DNA of 64,000 nucleotides from Tubulanus polymorphus (taxonomy: Eukaryota; Animalia; Nemertea): positions 6,472,231 through 6,536,230 of the forward strand of contig NC_134033.1 of the NCBI RefSeq assembly GCF_964204645.1. Direction: 5' to 3'. Positions 25,560 to 38,300 of this stretch are shown piece by piece. The stretch's first letter is position 1. Every line of letters starts with the position of its first letter. The translations under genes and the position numbers were made by a program. The notes under the pieces are model-generated. The model was not told the origin of the DNA. It made no database searches and saw only the letters and a program-made list of their open reading frames with translations.

Positions 25560-27586
25560 GTCAAGATGATCTTGATAATCTCTACAGTGATTTTACTCAG
25601 TGTTGTCGTAATGAAATGTATCACATTGTTCCATATAAAGATATTAGTATATAGTTTCACCCGAAAAACAGAAAACGAAAAACTTAGCCCTGGTAGAGTG
25701 AAAAACTCTCTCAACTCCATTCGGAATGTGTGCGAAAAAACGCTTTCTGCGATGTAATCGTGGTGCAAAGGAGAAAGCGGCCTTGCGAAACGAATTCAAT
25801 ACTAAACGCAAATCTTTTGATAAACAGTATCGTAATGCAGAATGTTACAAGGCGTTACATGTACATACATTTGATCAACTGCAGACAAACAATCCTAGGG
25901 AATTCTGGAGCCATATTAAACAACTGGGCCCTGGGAGAAGGGACTGCTCTGTTAAAGCAGTTAGACTTGATGACGTAACTATTTCGGACAAAAAGTGCGA
26001 TATTATGAATAAATGGAAAAAGGATTATACGGCATTATAAAACCCAGTTGCCAAGGCTAACCTTAATAACTCTGATGAGCCGGACATATATGAGGTTTGG
26101 AATAATATCTCAGATGCCAATTGGGGAATTGAAAATTCAAACCAAGGGTTAAACTGTGAAATAACAGTGGAAGAATTAACTTATGCCACACGTATTGAAG
26201 AATGGCAAGGCAACTGGGTTGGATAAGATACCAAATGAAATTTCAAAGTGCCCATCTTTAAGAGAAAGTCTTTGTGTGATGTTTAATAAGATTATGACTA
26301 CGCACAAAGTTCCTCATGCATGGAACCATAGTATTGTACATCATATCCATAAAAAGAAAAGGATGAACTGGATCCTATGGGATACCGCGGGATAGGTCTA
26401 AACTCTAACGTTAGTAAACTATTCAGTTCAATTTTAGATAATCGCCTTTTCTCCTTTGCTGATGAAGATAACTAGTTAGGCGATGAACAAAATGGTTTCC
26501 GTAATGATCGTTCTTGCTTAGATCTTATTTTCAGCCTAACCTCTATAATAAAAAATCGATGTCTGAACGGTTTACCCACTTTTGCCTGTTATATTGATTT
26601 TGCAAAGGCCTTTGATAGTGTGGACAGGGCGTACCTTTTTATATCTATGGCAATTCGTATGGTAATTTTTTAAAAGTAGTAAAAAGCATGTACAGTGAAA
26701 ATGATGTTCGTCTTAAGATAATTGGACACCTAACAGATAGTTTTCCTAGCTCACGTGGAGTCCGTCAAGGCGATTGCTTATCACTTCATTATTTTCATAG
26801 ACGAACTAGCTGGCAAGATCGAATTCTTGGGTCTTGGGGTTGATGTTGAGGGTTTGAAAATACCATTACTTCTATATGCAGATGATATAGTTCTCCTGGC
26901 TGAGGATAAACAGTCTCTCCAGGTCATGATTAACCAACTTTCGGACTGGTGCAATACATGGAAACTGTCTTCAGATTCAGATAAATCTAAGAAAATGCAT
27001 TTCAGAAGGAAAACTACACCAATCACTCAATTTCCCTTTTCTCTGAACGGGAATCTAGTTGAAATTGTTAGTTCATATAGATACCTAGGACTCGAAATAA
27101 ACGAAACCCTGGATTTTAATTTATCTTTAATTAGTATGCTAGCGAATGCCGCTAGTAAACAGCTAGGTTGTTTGTTAAGTAAACACTTCAACTCAAACGG
27201 TCTAACTTTTAAGACATTTGTGAAAATTTACGATATGGCAAAGTTGTACCAATTATGGAATATGCAAGCGCCATATGGGGTCTAAGGAATTTTGAATGTG
27301 TAATAAAAACCAATTTAGGGCCATGCGAGGAACCGGGAAACACTCCTCCCTTGCCAGTATTGAAGGTGATATGGGGTGGACTTCTGTTTCTATAAGACAC
27401 AAAATCAAGATTTTACGTCTGTGGTTTCGCTTCTGTGGGATGCCGGATGATAGGCTTACTAAACGTTTATTTCTGTATGATTATAGACATTCTCTTATCG
27501 GTAAAGTTAATTGGTGTAGTTTTGCGAAAAATGTCTTCGCCGAATGTCATATGGACTATTTCTATTATAATATTAATTTATCTAGC
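25560..27586 (+). mobile_element. Decayed LINE ORF2 fragment (RTE-X/L2-group-like reverse transcriptase)
   Basis: KNGKATGLDKIPNE, YRGI, QNGFR, IDFAKAFDSVDR, GVRQGD, LLYADDIVL, YRYLG, IEGDMGW spread across frameshifts. Confidence 0.9.
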
Positions 27587-27589
27587 TTA

Positions 27590-29630
27590 ACCCCGTGTCT
27601 AGTAAAAACTGCAACTTTCGCGCCGGTTTAGATCTGCCCTCAGTGAACTTCGGAGAATTAAAACCATCCGCATCTCTATATCAGACAAAGGAGGAAAAAT
27701 TGTGCTCATGGACATTGAATCGTATGAATCTAAATTGCAAGATCTACTTAACAATCCAGATGTTTACAAAAAACTCAAATCGAACCCGTTAAAAACAATG
27801 CAAAATAAATTCAATAAAGGACTGTCGGACATTATTGCGAATTTAAAGATGAAAATGTTTCGAAAACGCTGGACAAATTTAAATCTCGGTTACCGTCGCT
27901 CCCTTATCTCTACGGACTTCCAAAAATTCATAAGAAGGATATTCCGCTTCGACCGATCATCTCCAATTGTGATTCACCATCTTATAGACTATCTTAATAT
28001 TTGGCAAAAACTCTTTCACCGGTTCTTGGCTCATTTTCGAATGCCCATTTACGCCATAACCAGGATTTATTGGAATGTTTAAAAAATATTATTCCTGGGC
28101 ATGATAAATTTATATCTTTTGATGTTGCTAGCTTATTCACTAATGTTCCTTAAGAACCTACTTTGGACTTTCTTAGGAGAAAGTTACCTACTTTAGATTT
28201 TCATTTTGATATACCGGTTGATTGTCTTTTGGACTTAATTGAACTTTGTACAAAAAACTTATATTTTCAATTTGGTTCTAACTTTTTTGAATAGATTTTT
28301 GGTATGGCTTTGGGGAATCCACTTTCCCTGTTCTAGCTGGTTTATTTTTGGAACATGTCGAAAGTGAAATTTTACACCGAAAGTAGACCCAAAATTTGGC
28401 GACGTTACGTTGATGATATTCTTTGTTTAGTTTCCCCCGATTTTAATGTTAATGGGTTCTTACATTATTTGAACTCTTTATATCCTACTTTGAACTTCAC
28501 TTTTGAGTGGGAAGAAAATAATTGCATCCCGTTTCTCGATGTACTCATTCATAATTTCAAAAACAAATTTGAAATTCTCTGTATATAGGAAACCGACTAA
28601 TGCTGAAGCTTATCTTCATTTTTTCTCATTTACTCATTTGAACATCAAAATTGGAATAGCCCAAGGATTATTTCTTCGAGCTCTACGTATTTGTGATCAA
28701 ATGTTTTTAGATAAAGAAATCAAACATATAAGAACTGCACTCAAGAAACTAGCCTATCCAGACAAAATTTTGAACAAAGCTTATTTCAAAGCCCGAATTT
28801 CTCACTTTGGACGTAATGACCTGACCACAAAACGCAGAGCTCAAAAGAACATTATAATCCCGTATTTACCTACTTTGGAACGCTTTAAATCCACATTAAG
28901 CACCATCGACACTAGATTAGTCTTTCAGTATAATAACAAACTCACTAATGTTTTAACCAAAAATGAACCCAACAGTGAGCTAATTGAGTGTGGGGTCTAT
29001 AAGCCAGCGTATTAAAGAACACAAAATAGATATCCGAAACCAAAAGCCTGAGAGTGGAATAGCAAATCATGTCTTTACAACCAATCACCAATTTGACTTT
29101 CAGTATTCGAAACTTATTTATCCTTGTCAAGATATTTATAAGAGACACATAGTGGAATCAGCCCTAATATGTAAAATTTCGAAATCCAATTTATCTACTA
29201 ATTTAAATACTGGTTTTTCTCCACATAACCAATTATTATCCAGACACATCAATTCTTTATTAGATTTGGGTTAATGTCACTATGTGTCACTCTGTTATCG
29301 CCACCCTCTTCAGTCCACTTCACTTAGTTACATAATTTGTTTTTACTCTGAACTGTTTAGAATTGCTGTGGTTTCCACGGTACCCCTTGATGTTTTATTG
29401 CTTGGTCTGTTTATCTTTAGTTTTGACACACTGCTTCTATTTTAGATCCTGTGAGTTTATATGCTTTGTTACTTGTTTTTTTGGTCATTCCACCTGATGA
29501 TGGCTGTTAGTCAACAGCCAAAACGTTGTGGTTTCATTATAATAAATTTGATCGTATAATTTTAAATTCGAAGTGTGGGATTTCTTCATTTATCTACAGT
29601 ATTCACGGATTATAGTGTTTATTCGACAAC
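27590..29630 (+). mobile_element. Decayed 5'-truncated Penelope-like element (RT + GIY-YIG)
   Basis: [56 protein letters not shown]...RIKEH; 3' hammerhead-like motif and AATAAA. Confidence 0.92.
29490..29531 (+). ncRNA. Minimal type I hammerhead ribozyme, probably inactivated (G12 to A)
   Basis: ccac-CTGATGA-t-ggctgtt/agtc/aacagcc-AAAA(for GAAA)-cgtt-gtgg. Confidence 0.75.
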
Positions 29631-29633
29631 TAA

Positions 29634-30004
29634 AATTTAGATAATTGTATTAAAATAGCAATTGATATTTATAAAGGATCAAATACATTATTCATCATAG
29701 ATGATTGTGCAAATTTACATGATTCAAAAGTTAGAGAAAGTGAGTTATGTTATCTAGCTTTCTCTGGGAGACATTTTGGGATAACAACATGGGTTTTAAA
29801 AAAAATATAATTAATTCAATTGTTAAAGACTTTAGGGAGAATATAAGATTTCTAGTTTTATTCTACAATAAAGATAGAAAATCTATGCAACAATCATTGG
29901 AAGAAAATCAAATTATACCTACTGAATTACATGATGAATATATGAATAAATTAAAAAATAATAAAGGTTCAAAATTATTACTGAGGCTTCAATTTCCATA
30001 TTAA
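29634..30004 (+). pseudogene. A32/FtsK-like packaging ATPase C-terminal fragment (Polinton/adintovirus-like)
   Basis: Manual translation TLFIIDDCANLHDSKVRESELCYLAFSGRHFGITTWVL, then after a frameshift at the A8 run NSIVKDFRENIRFLVLF; Walker B and SGRH motifs. Confidence 0.75.
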
Positions 30005-30050
30005 TATAAATTTATAAAATAAAATTAGAATAATTTAGATTATTTCAAAT

Positions 30051-30670
30051 TAATACCCCCTTATGTCTTTATTGTCTTTAGTAGTTTTAGTACTTTTAGT
30101 ACATAAAGAATAAATCTTCATTTTATCAGTACTGAATAAAATTATTTTTAAAACTACTAAACTACTAAAGACAATAAAGACAATAGAGACATAACAAACA
30201 CATAGATTTATCATTACTGAATCAAATATATATAATAAATCTGTGAGATAAATAAATCTATGATATTCATTACTGAATCTAATATATATGATAAATCTAT
30301 ATGTGTTTGTTGTGTCTTTATTATCTTTAGCACTTTTAGTACTTTTAGTACATAAAGAATATATCTTTATTTTATTAGTACTTAGAAAAATAAATATATA
30401 AATAACTTTTATATATGATAAATCTATGATATTTATCATTATTGAAACAGTAATATATAATAAATATGTGTGATAAATAAATATTATTATTGAAACAGTA
30501 ATATATAAAATCCATCAGGTGAATAAATATAATTATTGAAACAGTAATATATATATTTATGTCTTTATCTCTTTAGTAGTTCTATTTTATTTCTAAAGTA
30601 TTGATAATATAAAGATTTATTCTTTATGTACTAAAAAGTACTAAAGACAATAAAGACACTAGGGGTATTA
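30051..30670. repeat. AT-rich segment bounded by imperfect inverted repeats with internal sub-repeats
   Basis: taataccccc...tagtacataaagaataaatctt at the left mirrored by aagatttattctttatgtacta...aggggtatta at the right; third copy near 30310-30370. Confidence 0.8.
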
Positions 30671-31764
30671 TATTCATATTTTAGATTACTTTTCTGATTC
30701 TAATTCTAAAAACAATTTGAGCCGTGCATCTTTTAATTCTTGCGATTTGCTATTGCCTTCAACTTCACCTAATAGTTTGGTATGATAACCATCAACAGCA
30801 TTCAAATTCTTAGCATACAATTCATAGGTTAAATAAATATATTGGTTTAATTTGTCTTCACTTATATTTTTATATCTATTTTTTGCATCATTTCTTATTT
30901 CATTTATAACATCCTGTGAAAAATCTTCATAACTGTAATATTAAATTATTTCATCAAAGTTATCACTTTTATCATCATAATTATCATTAGCAGCAACTTT
31001 TTTCAATTCTGTTAAAAAATCTGTATTCTTAAATTTTATGAAATAATGCATACCTGAATACTCACCCGGATATGTTTTTATACGTGTCCAATTAGTTTTT
31101 AGATCTGATAATACTTGTTTTGGATTATTTCTTACATAATCGATAAAAATTGATCTATATAATTTCCTATGATTATTATTTTCGATATCAAAAATACACT
31201 TGGTGCTCTATAAAGACGTTTTGAATCAATAGCTTTTATTGTATGTTCAATAGAATTATCATGTTTAATTTTATCTTTAGGTAATACAACAACATTACAC
31301 TTTTCACATATATTTCTTTCTACATTATCCAAATGTATTTGAGTTAATTTATGCTTTGAAAAATTACTACGACTTATATATTTATCACATTCTTCACAAT
31401 ATTTATCTTCTTTAACATTATCATTATCAATTTCACTATCATTATTAAATTCATTTATAGTCTTATTCTTATTTTTCTTATGCTTGAGTGAATTAAGATG
31501 AGTTGCCCAATTCTTATAACTTTTATACTGTTTACATACGTCACAATATTTTTCATTTGTCTTTTTGGTTTTGATATCAGGTTCAATCTTATCATCATTC
31601 GATGTAGAAGGTATAACATTATCTTCTGTTTTAGATTCAATATTATCTTCTATTTTAGGTTCAATATTATCTTCTATTTTTGTTTCAATATTATTATCTA
31701 TTTTACTTATTCTATATTTGAATTGATTAAAACTATTCTCCAAAATACTTACTATATTCATCAT
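30671..31764 (-). pseudogene. Intronless multi C2H2 (matrin/U1-like) zinc-finger ORF, virus/Polinton-like, frameshifted
   Basis: CDVC..H..SLKH, CEEC..H..TQIH, CEKC..H..SIEH; KIEDNIE repeats; reading continues in another frame below about 31135 with one internal stop. Confidence 0.6.
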
Positions 31765-33285
31765 AAGGTATTATATAATATATATCTGATATCATTTCAC
31801 TTGGACTTTGCATTTCATATATTCCTCCTTCCATTTATTATAAATTTTTTTATTTGGGTTTTCGGTTACATCACAGAAAAACCTATTGAGATTCGCGTGT
31901 TTCTTCTTATCATTATTTTATGTCACACTATTTTCACTAAAAGAATTAAGGCTTTGTTACCTTGCCGCTGTTGTCGATACAATCCGTATGATATCGTTCA
32001 GCTCGCTGAGATCTACAAATACTCCGCGTGTTTTTTCACGAATCATCGTTACAAAAGCACTGTCGGGCCGTAAACATCGAAAATTGAGCCCCATTCAATG
32101 GGGCGACATGTTTTTCGAGTCGTCATCCCGAAATCAACCCACAGGCTGATTGTCACTTCGATTATCAATTCAAGTATAAATGAACTAATTTATTGCCGCA
32201 GACTTAACATTCAGCTGCGGTCTTCAAACAGTAATTTTAACAATAACCCATTTTCCTCATCAAATCATATTACCGATACACAGGAAATTTACTACTTTAG
32301 ATTTTAAAGCACTGTCGAGCCGTAAACATCGACGAATCGACGTGTATCACTACATCGTGGTTCCGGGGATCAGCTGCGAGTTTCTCCTCATCATGAGAAT
32401 CAAATCGAGTACAAATTAATTCATTACTACCAGTGATTTGGCTGCGGGTTTCAAGGAGTTAGTTTAACAATACCTATTTTTCTTTACCAAATTAACCGTG
32501 TATTTACTAAGATAAATCTTTAGTGTACCGGGGAGTCGTAGGCCTAAACTAAACACGCCGAAGAGATATAGCGGAGAAAAGCTGTTATGTCAACGAGGTA
32601 TCAAAATAAAAGAATATATTACTTTATTCGGCCGCGGGCTTCAACCTCTATATCAATACCATCAATACTCTATATTTCCTACAGTACATACCGATCATTG
32701 TCAAATGCACAAGGTATTTACTAAATACAAGTATATAACACACTTCTATCCATATGCTTGACATTCGGAGTAAGCGTTCGCTGTGGGGGAAAGGAGATTT
32801 TTCGCTGTGTCGCTTGAAGATTTTATCGAGTTTACGTGACCTTAAGGCTTCAGGCCTACTGGTACGAGCTTTACTGTCTCAAACAAACACAATATAATTG
32901 TTGCGTTTATTAACGGACTCATTGGATTGGACTTCAAAACAAAATTATTTTACGATATTTAGGAGGGTTGTTATTCAATAGGCCTACGGCCAATATGTCC
33001 GGATGTTAGGCCTACGTATATACATAGGTCTACATAGGCTAGTAGCCTCTACTAGGTTAAAGCTAAGTTCACTGTCAAGGAGGAATCAGATTTATTAAAA
33101 TGCATGTTAATTAGTGATTAACTGGTTCTGACTTGCAACGATCAATCACAATTATCAATTTTATTGGCAAAAAAGATTTTTTTTTGAAAATTTCGTCTGA
33201 GCAGACATCTTTATAAGCCAGACTTTTCATCTGAGTTTTTTTCATCATAAATGAAACTGGTATTTCATTAATTGCTAATGAATTC

Positions 33286-33597
33286 GAGCGAGCGGTGTGG
33301 GCGAGTGGTTAGAGCGTTCGACTCTGGGAAGCCAGGTCGACGGTGTTTGAACCCCGTACATTACCGTAGTGTCCTCGGGCAAGACACTTATCCTCATTGC
33401 CTCTCTCCACCCGGGGGTAAAATGGGTAGATGACTCCTGAGCGCCTAGTAGCCGCTCGGATGTTACTTCTCCCTAAAGGAGAGATGACTGAAACATGAAT
33501 AGAGTTAAAGGCTGGGGGTAATAATACCAAAAATTTGGAGCGCATTTGAACAGACTAGGTTTGGATACCTGCGCTATATAAATGACAGTTATTATTA
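33286..33597 (+). mobile_element. tRNA-derived SINE with CORE-like central domain and LINE-type tail
   Basis: A box TGGCGAGTGG, degenerate B box GTTTGAACCC, GTGTCCTCGGGCAAGACACTT...TCTCCACCCGGGGGTAAAATGGGTA, tail gcgctatataaat...(TTA)n. Confidence 0.8.
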
Positions 33598-33649
33598 GGG
33601 TTTTCTGACTTTCGTCGAAAACCCTCTTGTAATTCTGTTGATTGTTATT

Positions 33650-35002
33650 ATTATTAGGGTTTCTGCTGCTTTGGCAGAAACCCTATTGGATTCCTCCTGA
33701 TTATCATTTTAACATATTTTCCACTAAATTTCGTCACAAAAAATCATCTTCTATTAGATTTGACTAGTGACAACTTTAAAACGAAATGTTAATCTCTGAT
33801 AATAATATAACAGTCTCTTGCTGCGCGTAGTTTCTATGGATGTACTGTGCTTCCTATTTTAAACTTGAAGTTACTTAAAGATAACACCGGTGGAAAAAGC
33901 AATCATCAATCATGGCGCGCATACTGGCGTACTGGCGCGAATTTGAAAGTTTGTAACGTCATTTCATAAATAAAAAAAGAAGGAAGGCTCCGAGAATATC
34001 CAAATCACAGGTTACTGTGAATAACTGGGGTTCGACCATTCACAAGTTAAAAATGTACTTCCTTGTTTATGAAGTAAGTTTATTCATACTGTTATTAAAA
34101 GTAGTTCCTTTTAAACATTCTATAATAGTTTAGTTTTGTTCGTGGATATCAATACTTCGAATAATCAACAGCGGTTTATTTATTTATTGTACCGGTTCGC
34201 GTTTTCTTAATTGAATTGAATTGGTCCGGTCCAAAAGGCGGGTCATACTAGTTAGCGTCAGAAAATGTCAGCGTCGGTGATACCTTGTTATCGTCGATAT
34301 TAAACGGTCTAAAGTCAGTTTATACATCATAAATTGGAGGTCCCTTGTACATGTACATCACATTGTGACGCAGCGGCGATGGTAATGTCATAGAAGAACA
34401 AAGTCAGTTGAAAATACCTACCCACTGCACCGAGAAAGAATGATTGCTAGCCAGAGACCAGTGACACTACAGTCACTAATGGGGAGAGATGGTACCGTTC
34501 GTGATTATGTTTTTATAATGGTTATTGGACGTCATTTTCATATGTGAATTGTAGTCCCCATCTGATCGCTTGACTTGTCAGACTGACTTGTCACTCCTCT
34601 ACTAATAGTAACACTAAGTCCTTCCCTCCTGCATAGTTAACCCTATAGGCCAGATTTGTGCTTTGGGCCATATTCGGTTTTCTTATCTAGTCGACTTTTT
34701 GTCGGAACTATAACCGAATATGCGCTTAAACTATCACTACGGAATGGTTAAAACACCGTAGCTTCGTTCTTCTCGATGTTATTTCCCCCAAAACCTGGCG
34801 CATTAGTACTTTGCACGTAGTAGCACATGCGCGTATAGCATGTGGGTCAACATATCCATGTTGTGAGTTGACCCCTAGGTGGCACTCTTTAAAAAAAACG
34901 GAATGTAGCGAACTGATTTCGGGTGAAATCTTTGCTCGCATCCCTGAACGACATTCTATTCAGAAAGGCAGAAACCCGTTATCGCTGCTTGCAGCTATAT
35001 TT
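33650..35002 (+). mobile_element. Helentron/DINE-1-like non-autonomous element (HINE-type termini)
   Basis: 5' hairpin agggtttctgc/gcagaaaccct (33656-33684), 3' sub-terminal gcagaaaccc (34968-34977) followed by stem-loop gctgcttgcagc and a T-rich flank. Confidence 0.5.
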
Positions 35003-35255
35003 ATTTACATATTTTCCACTTTTTTTCGCACATAAAATTCATCTTCTATCAGATTCGACAACTAACAGCTTCTAATTGAAACGTAGAATTCTGATAGTAA
35101 TATAACACGCATTCGCTCCGCGTAGATTATATCTATGCACTCTCCGCCGTCCTATTTTAAACTTAAAATTACTTACTGAAAGATAACACTGGATGATAGT
35201 AGCAATCACGACTCGCCCTGTCCGGTACTCCCACTAACGATAAAAACAGCGTCCT

Positions 35256-35325
35256 GTCCTGTGGCATGGTGGATAAGGTGTTTGACTCCCAGCTGAGAGG
35301 TCGAGGGTTCGAATCGTAGTGAAAC
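35256..35325 (+). mobile_element. tRNA-like SINE head fragment
   Basis: TGGCATGGTGG A box and GGTTCGAATC B box without a complete acceptor stem. Confidence 0.55.
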
Positions 35326-38300
35326 CATGCATTTAGGTAGGACACGTAGCTGCGCCGGCGCGCAACAATCTGTTTATTAATGAAACAACATGGTGGATGG
35401 TTGAAATGATTTTCGGCTTAAATTTATCGCGAGTTTTAGGACTTTAACGAATTTCACGAAACCATGATTTCTAAAATGAGTCAATTAATGTTACAATGTT
35501 GGCTACATTTCCTGAAGATTTCGGGCTCAAATCAACGTGATATGGACAGAAATTGTAGGAATTTTCACACGGAATTTTACTTCCGCGTTCAGTTGACGAC
35601 TCGGATCGATGACAACGACAGCGGAGTTTATGTATTTTAAGGTGAGAATCCGTTAACCAGGGAATGTATTTAATGATTTCTTTAATAATATGAGTATGGT
35701 AGCAAATGAGTAGGCCTACTCGGTGAAGCAATGATAATTGTTGGCTACTAACTTAATGCCTAGCTTTTTTGGGGATGCGCCTATAATAGATTTAGGCCCT
35801 AAATATAATGGGTAGAGCCAGTCAGTGGAATGCCTTAATAGCAGCTAGTTATGGCCTGGTTTACACTGAATGTGCATGACAATTTATTTTGATTACCTTC
35901 TTTCCAGCTATTATTCGCGGAATGAACTGGTCACTACGGTCTTCAATTCCTTTGCGGATTCTTGCAGGAATATTAAACCACAGTGCGCAAATGTATGTTT
36001 CAAATTAGGCTTTTTCGACATTGACAGCCAAAGACGTAACTTAACACTCTAACTGAAGCGCAACTGTCTCAGATGCTGTAAGTACTTGACGTTTTGCGTA
36101 ATTGTTTTATTGTAATGCAATATTTGGATTAGTAATCAGTCGTGCTAACGTACATGCAGAATTGGATTCATTGTAATTATGGGATGATAATTCATGGGCG
36201 TCACGAGTCCTGTGACATACCCTTGATATGAAGCTTTTTTAATGTTAATCATTGACTTGTTTTGGAGTAAACTGAATAGCCCTTAAAATACCAATGCCAC
36301 GTGGCTTGGTGTCTATGCTCTACGAGACTGTATTGTAATAGATTTTCACAACAAACTCATGATTTCAAATAGTCTCCTAAGATATCTATATATTATTTCG
36401 CTCCTTACCTAAGTAATTCTTACATTTGATTGCTTAATTACAGATGGAAAGAGGTCAGATGGCATGAAAATCGACTGTGGCTGACTAATTGGCGCGAGTA
36501 ACCAAAATGCTTCGATCATTAGGGGTAGACAAATTAGCCGAAGATGAATGAAACTTCACCTTGATGATCATCAGTTGATTTTGCTGTAATTATTTGCCTG
36601 GATATATCCTTCATTTCAAAATTTGTCTTCAGTAGAATTTCTTTCAATTTTGAAGATTGAATTTGAATTGATCTTAAAACCAGAGAAAGCATTCAGAAAT
36701 TTAGAAAATCCTTGACTCATAATCAAATTCTGTGAAGTCAGTTAAGGTCTTCTTGGTCGAATCAAGCCGAGGGCTCAGGTGACTAAAACTCAATTCCTCA
36801 CTGTCTTATAATGCCGAGTACGACGGAGTTTACACACTGAAACACGTTGGGCTGTGTAAGTGTAATTTGGATAAGTCCACAATATAATGACCGCCCTGCC
36901 CCGCTGCATCTGAGACGTCAACAAGTTAGACTGTATTGCTTCGATGACAAACTGACTCCTACGCAAGATGACCATCCAATTCAAATGTAAATTAAGAAAG
37001 AAAACAACAAAACTAGTTGCGTTGATCAACAAAAATAAATCAATAGTTAATTACAATACTTCAATTTCAAAATAAGGATAGGAAAAAAGTGAACAATAAG
37101 TGTGTTTGCCATGCGTCTTTAAATATTTCCCAAGAATATGTCTTTGTCTGGCCACCACCTGCCTCGACGTCAGACTTTTTCGAGATTTTCGCTAAAAATA
37201 CGAAACAAGACAAAATTGATGGATGGGAATCATACATGCTACATTCACTTTTACTGCGAACATTGGAATGAGCTAAAGCAATTTTCTAGGAGGAAAAATT
37301 GAGTCAAATGATGTTTCAAAATCTGGACGGGAAAAGTTTTACTGAATTGTATGGCTAATGGCAAATACATGTTTATATTGATAAGGTAAATATCTGTATA
37401 AAAGGTTGTATAGCAACTTGAATTAAAGGATTAATGCAATAGGTCTCTTATTCTAAAAGACGAGTGAGCCATACTTACTAGATTGGTCATGTGAATCAAC
37501 ATCAAATTTAGAACTATCATCCATTTTTAGTTTTCAATCAAAGACCAACCTATGAAATAAAGTACATATTTTTCTGATAACAACCTGGAATAAATTAAAA
37601 TAAATCTGAGGAATTCACCAAATTTCTGTATCGAACCCCTAATAGGGCCTATATAACCTATAGATTGATACTTACATACGACAAATTGACGAAGAAACTT
37701 CATTTGACAGTATACAAACTCGCGGACAAACTCCCAAAATGAATCATGTCCTATTCACCTAGAATAAAACAAAATACAACTAAAAAATTCACAATACAGA
37801 TTTCGGTTTCGAATCCTTCAAATAGCTGTTTACTTACATGAAACGATTTATCAAACTACTTCTGCCGACAGCATACCAACTCACTGACAAACCCCCAAAA
37901 TAAAACGTGTCATGATAAACATCTGGAATTAAACGTAATAAAGCTACAAAATTTACAAAACGTCGGTTTCGAATCCCTCAAATAGCCTTACACTTACAAA
38001 TGATGGATTATCAAACAACTATGAACTCCCACAACGCCACATGTCTTTAATAATCTACAGTGAAAACCTGGAATTAAATGAAATGAATGTTAAAATTCCG
38101 ATTTGAACCCAACGTAGGCCCTCTCTCTACTTGTAGGCCTAAGATCTTGAAATAGGATAAATAATGTTATGATGAAAGAGGCATAATGGTTCGGAAAAAT
38201 TGAATTGAATATGGCTCTTGGCCCGGCAAAGTTTGCTTTTGAAATATCCTTTCGATTAGGCATAGTTACACATTTTAAAAGCAAATGACATTTTGCATCA

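Noticed and set aside
31498-32073. 191-aa hydrophobic plus-strand ORF
   Set aside because: Antisense shadow of the K/N/E/D-rich zinc-finger ORF
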